DNA from: an uncultured candidate division Zixibacteria bacterium
GTDB taxonomy: Bacteria; Zixibacteria; MSB-5A5; RBG-16-43-9
DNA: 64,000 nt
Reading direction: 5' to 3'
Assembly: GCA_963713865.1 (NCBI GenBank)
Contig: OY970208.1
Location: forward strand, 2,304,001-2,368,000
In this document: piece after piece, positions 27,764-38,232 of the stretch
How the letters are laid out: every line of letters starts with the position of its first letter
Numbering within the stretch: position 1 is the first letter of the stretch
Position numbers and translations under genes: made by a program
Notes under the pieces: model-generated
Told to the model about the DNA's origin: nothing
The model's database searches: none
What the model saw: only the letters and a program-made list of their open reading frames with translations

Positions 27764-30568
27764 TTACCGAATTACAGCGAACCTGCCTACTTTTTCGCCG
27801 AACTCTGAGCTCACGTGGTAGATATACACTCCGCTGGCTGGAATCTGGTCGTTTCTGGTCAAAGCATTCCAGATCTCCTGCCCGGTTCCGCTGGTATGCT
27901 CAACCTTTTGAATCAAATTACCAGCTAAAGTATAAAGGCGAATAGTACATACTTCTGGCAGGTGAGTTAACATCAAATGTGCAACGTTCGGGTCTCGGTC
28001 AAGCTCGTTTCTAACAAAGTAAGGGTTCGGCACGACTTTGATCTTATCCATATCGGTTTTTGCCTGGGCGGCATTTATAACAGCGTTCTTTGTGTCAAAG
28101 GTGAAAACATCATCGTGAGAATTTGGCTTGTTGGTAAGGAATCTAATCACCGTGCCCTCAACGGGATTAACAAAACCTTCGCTATAGGGAATTATGCGGA
28201 TTCTTGCAACTCTGGTATCATCGGGAAAGGTCCAGGATGTAGGATCTGGCAAGGGTTCTACATAAGGAACCGCTATTGTATAGATACGATCCATAGGGCT
28301 ATAGCTACCACTTGTATCATCATCCAGGATTTCAAAGATGATCCTTTGGTCATCAGTAGTATCAGAGAAAGTCGCTATACCTACATCCCATACCTGGAAA
28401 GGAGCCTTGTCCGGGAAAAGACTACCAGCACCAGTAATCCAACTGTAATAGCCACTGGAATCTGAGGAGAATCTTATCTCAAAATCGTGAATCCCTATAT
28501 ATCCCCAGCCATTGAGCCGGGTGATATCTCCATTGTCGCTGTCCAGATACCAATCACCTGTATGATTCAAAGAGAAGAAGACGTTATCGTAGGAACCATC
28601 TTCTAAGACCTCCACAACTCTTTTCACACCAGACAGAGGACCAGCTACCCTTACCAAAATCCCATCTACGATAGCATAACTTTCATCACCGGATTGGTTG
28701 GTTTGGTTATCCAGAACCACTGAATCCGAATTGACATCTCTCAGGTCCCAGGTGGTAGTGCTGGAAGAGGTATCGTCAAACGTTACCTCGTAAGTATGTC
28801 CGGTTACTTTAGAAGGATCGACCACTTTAACGCTTACCACTCCATCGCTCATAGCACCTGAAGTCGTATGAGTAGCTAAAGCATCACTGCTTGCAATCTG
28901 GTATCCTGCGGGATTAGTACCAGGGATCACCTGAACCATTGAAGCTCTTTTCCCGCTTTCCAGGGACTTGGGCCGCTTGGGTTGATAATCATAAGCCACC
29001 ACAGCGTAATAGTAAGTCTCACCGTTAATCACATTGCTGGAGTCTACAAAATAGTGCTGTATCCCGGAATCATCTCCCAGATGAACCGTTACAACAATCG
29101 GAGTACCATAGACCGGATCGATATCATCTTCATTATCATTAGTAAAACCATCAGCCAGATCAAACTCAGCCAACACCTCAAAATCCCCTTCAACTCCGGT
29201 TCTGCTTCGGTAAATTCGATACCCTTCGAAATCATATTTCCTCAACTCCGGATCTTTTTCTGCAAACGGCTCATAACTGCTTTCTGAAGTATCTCCCCAG
29301 ACCAGATATACCATATGATCGCCCGGGGTTGCTTTAACCACTGGAGGTATAGGGGGAATAGGAGCGACGAAGTAAGCATCATACAGGGTCTGAGCGTAAT
29401 CTGAATTTACCTTAAGTATGTTCTCGCTCTGACCGGCCACAACTCCAAAAACCACTCTGACTGAATCACCCACATTCAATCTAAAAGGCCCGGTTGACTG
29501 GCAGAACCTCTTATCCTGAGGTGACGTATCTATCATAAAAGTATCAGGACGCGGAACACCAGCAGTAGTCCTTGCTGCCATCAGATTATATCTTTGCTCG
29601 TCATTAGCCGGGTCAGTATCAATGGTGAACAAAGTCAAAGAGGTCAAGCCTAATTGATCACCCGCAGAATCCCTCGGACTTTCGAAGAATCTGAAACCCA
29701 TCATCCCGGGAACGCCACTTATGTCCTGGTCATATAACTTATTATAATTATATACCCAGCATAAGTTCCGAGCAGCATCAAACCCGATCATATCATCCGT
29801 TGCATTCCCTAAATCCGGGTCGCAGGTGATTCCGATATAAACCGAGTCTAATGCTTCATCCCCCTGATTGAAGATGTCCCAGACCATAAATATGATATCC
29901 TTATCCAGTTTGGAACTGAAACTATAAGTTGTCTGCTTGACTAAAACATTCAACTGGTCTCCTGAGTGTGCCTGGGGGTCATGATAGTAAATATCCGCGT
30001 CATTATAGAAACACCGGCTATCCTCAGCTGAGATGAATTTTGGATTACCCAGAGTATCTCTGACTGGCCATAAACTATCCGCCCTTGCAGACCAGCTATT
30101 CAGTTCAGTTGAAAGTATAACTGGCCACATTGTTGCAGGGTCAGTTCCACCGTGATCGGCCACATCTGGTGAAACAATAATCCCGGGCCCCCATTCGGAG
30201 TAACCGTCATTCGGGTTATACCCGTAGGAGACAACCTTTTTTAAGCCTATTGGGTTTCCTAAAGTATCATAAGCTTGAATCTGTGCCCCAATCCAGATAC
30301 CTGCTCCATAAAGATACATATTTCCAGTTCCCTGGGGCCATTCTGTGCCAGCCCTGCCCGTAAAGGGATTCTGAGCAAAAACAGCGTCATTCTGAATCGG
30401 CATCTTGAGACTGTTAATGGTCAGATACTTGGCATCAGTTGGAATGTTCAATGGCTTAGCCAGGCTTTTACCGGGTGGCTGTTTTATTCTGGCTTCTGCA
30501 GAAAAAGATATAAAAGTTAGAATAATAGCCACAACCAGCATAAGTTTAACTATTTTTTTCTTTTTCAT
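27764..30568 (-). CDS. Large secreted protein with Fn3-like module and C-terminal T9SS-CTD/FlgD-Ig-like domain
   Basis: Signal peptide; PPIPPVV...DFEGYRIYRS...YYYAVVAYD; IKVVPNPY...TIRLYTLAGNLI...WNA...ASGVYIYHV; start ATG 30568 after GGAGG (30583 possible). Confidence 0.8.
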   Translation of the reverse strand: MKKKKIVKLMLVVAIILTFISFSAEARIKQPPGKSLAKPLNIPTDAKYLTINSLKMPIQNDAVFAQNPFTGRAGTEWPQGTGNMYLYGAGIWIGAQIQAYDTLGNPIGLKKVVSYGYNPNDGYSEWGPGIIVSPDVADHGGTDPATMWPVILSTELNSWSARADSLWPVRDTLGNPKFISAEDSRCFYNDADIYYHDPQAHSGDQLNVLVKQTTYSFSSKLDKDIIFMVWDIFNQGDEALDSVYIGITCDPDLGNATDDMIGFDAARNLCWVYNYNKLYDQDISGVPGMMGFRFFESPRDSAGDQLGLTSLTLFTIDTDPANDEQRYNLMAARTTAGVPRPDTFMIDTSPQDKRFCQSTGPFRLNVGDSVRVVFGVVAGQSENILKVNSDYAQTLYDAYFVAPIPPIPPVVKATPGDHMVYLVWGDTSESSYEPFAEKDPELRKYDFEGYRIYRSRTGVEGDFEVLAEFDLADGFTNDNEDDIDPVYGTPIVVTVHLGDDSGIQHYFVDSSNVINGETYYYAVVAYDYQPKRPKSLESGKRASMVQVIPGTNPAGYQIASSDALATHTTSGAMSDGVVSVKVVDPSKVTGHTYEVTFDDTSSSTTTWDLRDVNSDSVVLDNQTNQSGDESYAIVDGILVRVAGPLSGVKRVVEVLEDGSYDNVFFSLNHTGDWYLDSDNGDITRLNGWGYIGIHDFEIRFSSDSSGYYSWITGAGSLFPDKAPFQVWDVGIATFSDTTDDQRIIFEILDDDTSGSYSPMDRIYTIAVPYVEPLPDPTSWTFPDDTRVARIRIIPYSEGFVNPVEGTVIRFLTNKPNSHDDVFTFDTKNAVINAAQAKTDMDKIKVVPNPYFVRNELDRDPNVAHLMLTHLPEVCTIRLYTLAGNLIQKVEHTSGTGQEIWNALTRNDQIPASGVYIYHVSSEFGEKVGRFAVIR

Positions 30569-30593
30569 TACTTTTCCCTCCATCCATATTGGG

Positions 30594-33269
30594 TTAGAAT
30601 CCTAAAACCAGCCCTAATCGCACCATCCTGGGAACGTCATAGTTTCTCGGATCATTGACTGCCGATTTGTAGCGTGACACGAATGGTTCATTGGTTTTTC
30701 CTAATAATTCAATTAACCCGTCAGTATCAGGCTTGCCAGAGGATTCATAAACTATTAATACATTTTTCTTATCCGTTACGTTTATCACCTCTAAGTATAA
30801 GGTGGAATTGAAAGCCCCTAACTTGAAGGCTTTATCCGCTTTCAAATCCAGGCGGTAAGTCCAGGGCTGACGCGCTGAATTTATCTCTCCTGTGGCTTTG
30901 CCCAGACCTTGCAAGTTGAAGGCAACTGGAGTCCGGGGAGTATAAGGGAACCCGCTTCCCAGAGTGAATAAGAAATTTATACCCGCATTGCGGAAGGGTT
31001 GAATCCCTTCTTTCTCCCCTGCCCGGATATCGATATTGGCATTGAAGGTATGTCTCTGGTCAAAATCAAGATAATATTCAGTCTTCGGGAAAACGACTTC
31101 TAACCCGGTAAAACTGGTAATATAATCATAATACCCTTCTCTCTGGTAAGAACCTAATCCCTTAGCTTCTGAAAGGGTATATGATATTTTGCCGGAAACG
31201 TAGTTCTCCCTTCTTTTCTCTAAGGCAAATTCTACTCCTCTTACCCGGGCATAATCGGAATTAGTATAAATTACATATCTCTGTAAACCGGTGCGTAAAC
31301 GGGTATCAACCAGGTCGGTTATGTTTTTGGTAAAGGCTGTAATATCGAATCTTAAGGTAGGTGAAAAAGTCTTGGTAATCCCGACTTCATAAGCAATCGT
31401 TTTCTCAGCTCTTAATCCCGGGTCACCTATGATCGCATTACCCGTGCTTATGTAATTAATGGCATCTGCCACACCTTCATACAGATACTGTAATTGAGGT
31501 GGTTGGAAGAAATGCCCGTAGTTGAAATGGAATAAAGTATTCTCCGAAACCGGGAAGGATATGCCTAAACGAGGGCTAATCTTATAATCTATCGGGGTAT
31601 TTTCAAACCCTGCGTTCACATCCATCTGGTCTATGAAGCGGTCTGCACCTGCTTTTAACATATCAAAACGCAAACCCGCATTAACCACCATCCCTTCAAA
31701 CTCCATCTTATCCTGGATGTAAAACGCTCCGGTCTTGGGCTCATAGGGTTTTCCATGAGAAACAGTTCCGTGAATGATATAATCCTTATCATAGTTGTCT
31801 AAGAAAGGATTGGCTCTCCAGGGGAGATCGATCCTGAACCAGCGAACCGTATAAAACCGGGCTTCGAATCCGCTCTTAATTTGATGGAACTGGTTAACCT
31901 GGCTAACTATATCGAAGTTGACCCCGTAGTAAGAGGATTTTCTTTTGGAATAAACCCTCTGGCTTACTCCGGGCAAATAGTAGATCTGACTTCCATCCTG
32001 TCTCACATTATTTCCATAAGACCAATCTGAAGTGCCATAATCAACCATGCCATCTGGACCCTTTAGGGTATCTGTCCAGTTGACGGTATTGATATAGTTA
32101 TTATAATCAGACCATAAACTATCATCCCCTCTTTCTTCCTTGGTTTCGAAGTAGTTTGTAGATAGGTTATAGAAGGTGTTCTTGCCGAGATTATGGGTCA
32201 GGGTGAGATAATACATCTGATTATTTCTCTCCCGTCTTTCCAGATGATTCAGATTATAGCGCCAGAGTATATCAAAAACCTTCCTTTTCTCCTGAAAGTA
32301 GTTCATTCCTGACTTTAGCTTCATACTGGGTGTCAAATCGTAGTTTAATTTTACAAATCCGGAACCTCCTCTTAACCAGATTTCCGGGGCATCATCCTGG
32401 TGCTGGTATTCAAAGGATGTAAAATATCTCAGCTTATTGCTGAAAAGCGGTCCTCCAAGAGAGGCGTCTGCATTATTGTAGCCATAACCGTTTGTCTCTC
32501 CCATAAACGCATCGGTTCTAAGCTCAACCTGTCCAGTAGTCTTTGTCCCGGATTCTTTGGTTACGGTGTTTACAATGCCGGACATAGCCTGTCCATACTC
32601 TGCATTAAACCCGCCAGCTAATACTATGACCTCAGCAATGGCATTATTGTTCAACCCGGCACCAACGCCACCAGTTACAAAATCCTGGGTATTGAACCCG
32701 TCGATGAAATAATTTACCTCGCCTGGTCTACCGCCCCGGATTTGAATCAAATTCTGTCCCCGATTATCACCCGTTATCACTCCTGTCGATAATTGGGTTA
32801 CCGCTTGAAAACCCCTTATTGGCATCTGTTTGAGTTCGTCTGAGGTGATAATTTTGGTAGAACCGGTAACGTCTTTCTCAATTAAAGGCCTTTCCGCCCT
32901 GACCGTAATAACCTTCCCTAATTCCACCGCGGCTGAAGTCAGCTCAAAATCCACTTCGCTGGTCAGGTCAGGAACGATAAGGATCTCTTCCTTCCGGACT
33001 GAAGCGTATCCGATTACTACTGCCTCAACGTTCTGCTTCCCTGCAGGAACGTTTATAATGGTGTAACGACCATCCGGTCCTGTGGATGCTCCAATGTTTG
33101 TTCCCGCAACCCTCACTGCTACACCTGGAAGAGCTTCGCCGGTTTGTTTATCTTTGACCACACCGGTAATCTTCCCGGTCGTGCCTGCCAGAAGGGATAT
33201 GGCAAAGATAAAAATTAAAAGAGCGGCCAGCCCTCCTGCCTTAAAAATAAGTTTGTTTAACAAGTTCAT
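30594..33269 (-). CDS. TonB-dependent receptor with N-terminal carboxypeptidase-regulatory-like domain
   Basis: GTTGKITGVVKD..TGEALPG; plug IRGGR...GGFNAEYGQAMSGIVN; SPRLGISFP; C-terminal PRMVRLGLVLGF. Confidence 0.93.
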   Translation of the reverse strand: MNLLNKLIFKAGGLAALLIFIFAISLLAGTTGKITGVVKDKQTGEALPGVAVRVAGTNIGASTGPDGRYTIINVPAGKQNVEAVVIGYASVRKEEILIVPDLTSEVDFELTSAAVELGKVITVRAERPLIEKDVTGSTKIITSDELKQMPIRGFQAVTQLSTGVITGDNRGQNLIQIRGGRPGEVNYFIDGFNTQDFVTGGVGAGLNNNAIAEVIVLAGGFNAEYGQAMSGIVNTVTKESGTKTTGQVELRTDAFMGETNGYGYNNADASLGGPLFSNKLRYFTSFEYQHQDDAPEIWLRGGSGFVKLNYDLTPSMKLKSGMNYFQEKRKVFDILWRYNLNHLERRERNNQMYYLTLTHNLGKNTFYNLSTNYFETKEERGDDSLWSDYNNYINTVNWTDTLKGPDGMVDYGTSDWSYGNNVRQDGSQIYYLPGVSQRVYSKRKSSYYGVNFDIVSQVNQFHQIKSGFEARFYTVRWFRIDLPWRANPFLDNYDKDYIIHGTVSHGKPYEPKTGAFYIQDKMEFEGMVVNAGLRFDMLKAGADRFIDQMDVNAGFENTPIDYKISPRLGISFPVSENTLFHFNYGHFFQPPQLQYLYEGVADAINYISTGNAIIGDPGLRAEKTIAYEVGITKTFSPTLRFDITAFTKNITDLVDTRLRTGLQRYVIYTNSDYARVRGVEFALEKRRENYVSGKISYTLSEAKGLGSYQREGYYDYITSFTGLEVVFPKTEYYLDFDQRHTFNANIDIRAGEKEGIQPFRNAGINFLFTLGSGFPYTPRTPVAFNLQGLGKATGEINSARQPWTYRLDLKADKAFKLGAFNSTLYLEVINVTDKKNVLIVYESSGKPDTDGLIELLGKTNEPFVSRYKSAVNDPRNYDVPRMVRLGLVLGF

Positions 33270-33645
33270 CCCTCCTTGTAGTCTTGAGATTAGCTTTCTG
33301 GTTTACAAAATCATTATAAAATAATTTTTGCCCTCACCTCCTTCTGATAGATAAAGGTTTAAATTTTAGCCTTCAGTAGACTATTCAATTCAGCCTGTGC
33401 CACTTTTCAAACCATCCCCCGAACTCGAAAAGCTTCCCTGGCGCTGAAAATAACTAATGGAAGATTAGTGCGAGTTTTATATTTTCTATGGCTCTTGTTA
33501 GAGTCTAAGAAAACCTGCGCCCCAAGTTTTTCTTAAACCTGACAACTTCCAGGTGTGGAATTGTCTAAAAGAGTAAAAACATATTATGGATTTGTTAAGA
33601 GAAAAATTACTCACACCCCTAAAAAGTTGTTGAGCTACATTAAAT

Positions 33646-33673
33646 TAATCGGAAAGGGTCAGGAAAACTTTAG
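33646..33673 (-). promoter_or_regulatory. Candidate sigma28/FliA-type promoter for the TonB receptor operon
   Basis: CTAAA-N15-TCCGATTA. Confidence 0.45.
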
Positions 33674-33822
33674 GGGGTTATGCCGGGTTCAGAATTTAAA
33701 ACCCCCTGCTTTTAACTATTTCAGAATAGGTTTTTTCCTTACTTTCAAGGAAGGGATTAACATTGATAAGGTTATTCAATAATTTTGTTTACTGTTAAAA
33801 ACGTGGGCCGTTAAGAATTAAA

Positions 33823-34011
33823 CGTCCGGGTCAAATCCGGACGCTAAAAATTTAGAGACGCATACAATGCGTCTCTACCAAGCTTCTTATAAAGGAAAGG
33901 GGACATATTAAAAAAAACGTCCGGGATAAACCCGGACGTTACACTTACCATTTTAAACCAGACCTCTATTATTTTATTTTTCCATCTCTCGTCTTACGTC
34001 TTACATCTTAC
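33823..34011. repeat. REP-like cluster and heptamer repeats downstream of the aminotransferase
   Basis: Hairpins at 33823-33846, 33854-33878 and 33918-33942; CGTCTTA/CATCTTA run at 33982-34011. Confidence 0.7.
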
Positions 34012-34020
34012 TGCTTTAGA

Positions 34021-35184
34021 TTACAAATCAGCCAAAAACTTCTTAATCCTCTCTAAAGCTTTGTTGATATTCTCCACTGAATTGGCATAAGAGAGTCGCA
34101 GGTAGCCTTCTCCAAATTTACCAAAAGAGGTACCGGATAAAACTGCTACCCCGGCTTCAGAAAGAACAGCATCTGCCAATTTCTTGGTATCCCAGCCAAT
34201 CTTTTTCACATTCGGGAAAACGTAGAAAGCTCCCTTGGGAGAGGGACAGGAAAGCCTGGGTATGGCGCAAAGCCCTTTAACGATTACATCTCTTCTCTTT
34301 CTGAACTCCTTAACCATTTTATCTGCCCCTGATTGATCTCCGGTAATAGCCTCAATTGCTGCCCTTTGCGTAAAACTGGCAGTGCAGGAATTGCAGTTAG
34401 TCATAAGTCTTGCTATATGCGGAGCTAAAGTCTTGTTCATTACCCCGTACCCTATTCTCCATCCAGTCATGGCATAGGTTTTGGAAAGCCCGTCTAAGAT
34501 TATGGTCCTTTCTTTCATATCCGGAAGAGAAGCTATGCTGTGATGTTCCCCTTCGTAAATTATGCGGGAATAGATTTCATCTGAGAGAACATATATATCT
34601 TTGGAGATGGCAATTTCAGCTATTGCTTTTAAATCATCCAGGGTTAAAATACCACCAGTTGGATTTTGAGGGGAATTGATAATTATCAACCTGGTTTTTG
34701 AGGTAACCAGTTTCTTCAGCTCCTTCACATCTAATCTGAAATCGTTTTCCTCACGCAGTTGAATTGGAACTGCTTTGGCGCCGATGAAATCGATTACCGA
34801 TTCATATATAGGAAATCCCGGATTGGGATAGATAACCTCCTCCCCTTCATTCACCAATGCCAGGATAATAAAAAACATTATTGGCTTGGCACCAGGAGTA
34901 ATTACAACTTCCTCGCTATCCACTTTTATCTTCCTGGTATCAGAGATATATTTTGCAATAACTTCTCTCACATCCGGCAGACCAGCCGAAGGTCCGTAAT
35001 GGGTCCACCCTTCTTTCAAGGCTTTAATTGCCGCATCGGTGATGTTTCCGGGAGTATCGAAATCTGGTTCCCCGATCTCCAGGTGAATAATTTCCTTCCC
35101 CTCTTTTTCCAATTTTTTCGCCCTGGCTAAAACTTCAAAGGCAGTTTCAGTTCCCAGGCGTGACATTCTCTGGGCTAATCTCAT
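34021..35184 (-). CDS. Class I/II PLP aminotransferase (aspartate aminotransferase-like)
   Basis: IGEPDF, NSPQNPTG, SDEIY, SKTYAMTGWRIGY; start trimmed to ATG 35184 after GGAGG. Confidence 0.92.
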   Translation of the reverse strand: MRLAQRMSRLGTETAFEVLARAKKLEKEGKEIIHLEIGEPDFDTPGNITDAAIKALKEGWTHYGPSAGLPDVREVIAKYISDTRKIKVDSEEVVITPGAKPIMFFIILALVNEGEEVIYPNPGFPIYESVIDFIGAKAVPIQLREENDFRLDVKELKKLVTSKTRLIIINSPQNPTGGILTLDDLKAIAEIAISKDIYVLSDEIYSRIIYEGEHHSIASLPDMKERTIILDGLSKTYAMTGWRIGYGVMNKTLAPHIARLMTNCNSCTASFTQRAAIEAITGDQSGADKMVKEFRKRRDVIVKGLCAIPRLSCPSPKGAFYVFPNVKKIGWDTKKLADAVLSEAGVAVLSGTSFGKFGEGYLRLSYANSVENINKALERIKKFLADL

Positions 35185-35300
35185 ATCATCCTCCGAAAAA
35201 TTTTTTAAATAATCTGACGGGCAGGGTGCCAGCCCTACGAGAACTGATTTAATTCTCATCGTAGGCGGGGCTCCCAGCCCTGCAAATTTTTATTAAAAAA

Positions 35301-37319
35301 TCAACTCCTCTTCTTCCTATCATAAAGCTCTTTAGCCTTTTGGGCGATATGCTCGGCTGAGACCTCGAACTCCTTTATAAGCTCCCAGGGTTGTCCGGAT
35401 TCACCAAACCGGTCTTTCACCCCGACCATCCCGAACAGCACCGGTTTCTGAGACATCTCCTTTGCTTCAAGGATTGAAGAGGCAATCCAGTTCCCTAAAC
35501 CTCCGATCTGGTGTTCTTCTGCAGTAACGACAATCCCGGTTTCCAGTGCTGCTTTGATTATGGTCTTTTTATCCAGAGGTTTCAAGGTATGCAAATTCAC
35601 TATTCTGGACTCAATCCCGAAATCCTCCTTTAAAATCCAGGCGGCTCTCATTGCTTCAGGCACTTCCGGCCCGCAGGCGATTATGGTCAAATCTTCGTTT
35701 TCAGATTGGTACTGCGAGGAAAGTTTCGTCTCAAAGGCGTGAATGAACTCCTCTTCTTCTCCTCTATACCTGATTATATTTGCCTCTCCGAACACGAAAG
35801 GCGTATCCGCAAATGTAACTATAGGAGTTGCCTCTCTGGCAAATCTCAGGAACTTTGGTCCTTTAACATCGAATAAGAGAAATTCAGTTGCTTTTTTGGT
35901 CTCGATCGAATCACAGGGAACTACCACATTCATATTAGGTAATCCGCACATCTGGAAAAGGTCTTCTAAAGCTTGATGGGTGGCACCATCCGGACCCACC
36001 GAGACCCCACCGTGAGCGCCAGCGATGAATACGTTGAAGTTCCCATAACAGACTGTAGTTCTCAACTGGTCTAAATTCCTGCCTGCAGCAAAAACGCCGT
36101 AGGTACCGAAAACCGGGATTTTCCCTTCTTTTGCTAAACCAGCCGCAACTCCTGTTCCGCTCTGTTCAGCAATCCCCATACTCAAAAATCTGTTTTTTCT
36201 TTCAGGATGTTTTTCGTAGAACTGGCTGATGGCTATAGAGCCGGATATATCCGCACCTAAACAGACGATCCTTTTATCATCCCCCTTCTCGTCTAAAGCT
36301 CTGCCAAAACCCATCCTGGTTGGGTCCATCTTCACTTTCATATTCGGCTGTTTGTTCCAGAAATAGTCTTTTTTGAACTTCGGCATTTTCGATTCCAGTT
36401 TCTGAGAGGCTACGGTTTGATAATCCTCAGCTTTTTTGAATAGTCTATCCCTATCCAGGTTCCCTTTAAGCCCCAATTCTTCTAAGGCTTTATCCATCTG
36501 CTCACATAATGGTGATTTTCCATGCCAGCCAGCTACATTCTCCATAAAACTGACCCCTTTACCCTTTATGGTATGAGCAATTATTACTGTGGGCTTCCCC
36601 TTGAAAGATTTTGCCTTCTCAAAAGCATCCAATATCTCTTTCATATTATGGCCATCTATCTCTATGACATTCCAGTTGAAAGCTTTATATTTCTCCACAA
36701 TCGGGCCTATATTCATCACCTCTTCTACCCAGCCATCTATCTGTAAACGGTTTTTGTCCAAGATACAGGTTAGGTTATCTAATTTATAGTGCCCAGCCTC
36801 CATTATCGCTTCCCAGACTTGCCCTTCCTGATGTTCACCATCTCCGGTTAAAGCAAAAACGTGATAATCCTTGTTATCAAGTTTACCTGCTAAGGCGATA
36901 CCATTAGCAATACTTAACCCCTGGCCTAAAGAACCAGTAGAAGCTTCAACTCCGGGTAATTTCAGCCAGTGAGGGTGACCCTGAAAGGGGGAGTAAAGCT
37001 TTCTCAACGTGACTACCTCTTCTATATCAAAATAACCTGAGATCCCCAGCCCTAAATATAAAGCTGGAGCTTTATGGCCGGATGACCAGATGATTCTATC
37101 CCGGTCCTCCCAGAAAGGATTTTTGGGATCGTGACGGGCAACTGAAAGATATAGAGCTGCACAGATATCCATTATGGACATAGTCCCGCCTGAATGACCT
37201 GAGCCAGCCGCACATAATGAGATCATATTATATCCTCTCATCCGATTAGCTGACTCGACCAGCTCTTTTACTGTATAATTTTTCCTTAACTTCCCGGTCT
37301 TTGAATCTAAAATCGGCAT
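35301..37319 (-). CDS. tkt: Transketolase (fused N/C, animal/TktAB-like type)
   Basis: SGHSGG, QGHP, TGSLGQG, GDGEHQEG...N, GIAEQ, GPDGATHQ. Confidence 0.92.
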   Translation of the reverse strand: MPILDSKTGKLRKNYTVKELVESANRMRGYNMISLCAAGSGHSGGTMSIMDICAALYLSVARHDPKNPFWEDRDRIIWSSGHKAPALYLGLGISGYFDIEEVVTLRKLYSPFQGHPHWLKLPGVEASTGSLGQGLSIANGIALAGKLDNKDYHVFALTGDGEHQEGQVWEAIMEAGHYKLDNLTCILDKNRLQIDGWVEEVMNIGPIVEKYKAFNWNVIEIDGHNMKEILDAFEKAKSFKGKPTVIIAHTIKGKGVSFMENVAGWHGKSPLCEQMDKALEELGLKGNLDRDRLFKKAEDYQTVASQKLESKMPKFKKDYFWNKQPNMKVKMDPTRMGFGRALDEKGDDKRIVCLGADISGSIAISQFYEKHPERKNRFLSMGIAEQSGTGVAAGLAKEGKIPVFGTYGVFAAGRNLDQLRTTVCYGNFNVFIAGAHGGVSVGPDGATHQALEDLFQMCGLPNMNVVVPCDSIETKKATEFLLFDVKGPKFLRFAREATPIVTFADTPFVFGEANIIRYRGEEEEFIHAFETKLSSQYQSENEDLTIIACGPEVPEAMRAAWILKEDFGIESRIVNLHTLKPLDKKTIIKAALETGIVVTAEEHQIGGLGNWIASSILEAKEMSQKPVLFGMVGVKDRFGESGQPWELIKEFEVSAEHIAQKAKELYDRKKRS

Positions 37320-37387
37320 CTTACCTCCTGTCCTACGGACATGTCTTAGTGAATATTTCTTTTATACAAAATAATAAAGAGCAAACC

Positions 37388-37437
37388 TTGTGAAATTTTT
37401 AACATAGTATATTACGAAAACTAAGCCTTTTTGTCAA
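37388..37437 (-). promoter_or_regulatory. Sigma70 promoter of tkt with an adjacent Rex-like operator
   Basis: Minus TTGACA-17-TAATAT; TTGTGAA-ATTT-TTAACAT at 37388-37405. Confidence 0.55.
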
Positions 37438-37443
37438 TTTATT

Positions 37444-38034
37444 TCAGAGTAAAAATTTCCATAAAGAAACCGTTTTTCTACTTAATTCCTTTAAGTCCTT
37501 ATCATTTTTTATGATATAATCTGCGTATTTACGTCTGGTTTTATCTTTTATCTGCACCTTAATCCTATTCATAGCTTCCTTCTGTGAATATCCTAAATTT
37601 TCTTTTAGCCTTTTTACCCTGTTTTTAAGAGCCGACTCAACTAAGATGAGATAATCTAATTCTTTCTGTAACCCCCATTCAATAATCAAAGCCGCATCTA
37701 TAACCACAATTCCGGAGCCTTTTTTTCTATATTCTTTGATCTTTTTCTTCAGACTGGAAAGAAGATAGGGATGAACGATTTTGTTTAATTTGTTTCTTCG
37801 TTTAATAGAGGAGAAAGCTATATTGCCCAACTCTCTGCGATTGAGTTTTTTATTCTTATTTAGAATCCCTTTACCGAAAACCTTAACTAGTTTTTTAAAA
37901 ACAGTCTGGTTTTTCTCCACCACCTCTTTGCCGATTTCATCCCCGGACAAAATTTTTGCCCCCAACTTTTTAAAGATTTTCGCCACCTCGGTTTTCCCTG
38001 ACCCAATCCCACCGGTTATGCCGATTATTTTCAT
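37444..38034 (-). CDS. coaE: Dephospho-CoA kinase
   Basis: IGITGGIGSGKT, LNRRELG..AF, LNKIVHP, VIDAALIIE; start trimmed to ATG 38034. Confidence 0.93.
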   Translation of the reverse strand: MKIIGITGGIGSGKTEVAKIFKKLGAKILSGDEIGKEVVEKNQTVFKKLVKVFGKGILNKNKKLNRRELGNIAFSSIKRRNKLNKIVHPYLLSSLKKKIKEYRKKGSGIVVIDAALIIEWGLQKELDYLILVESALKNRVKRLKENLGYSQKEAMNRIKVQIKDKTRRKYADYIIKNDKDLKELSRKTVSLWKFLL

Positions 38035-38232
38035 ATCGTGTTTTTCCTTTTCTGTCATTCTGAGGGAACTAAGTGACCGAAGAATCTATAGGGATTCTTC
38101 GCCCGCCTTTAGCGGGATGCCATTTAATGTAGGGACTGCACTATGCGAGGCTGAAAGTCTCAAGACCTTGACGGCCTCGCACTACGTTTTTCCCCTTGAA
38201 CCTTTGAACATTTGAACTTTTGAACCTTTTTA

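Noticed and set aside
33270-33645. Cobalamin or TPP riboswitch in the long TonB receptor leader
   Set aside because: I could not find B12-box or TPP core motifs; an Rfam scan would settle it
33555-33782. 75-aa plus-strand ORF
   Set aside because: Lies over the promoter region of the TonB operon; no RBS or protein features
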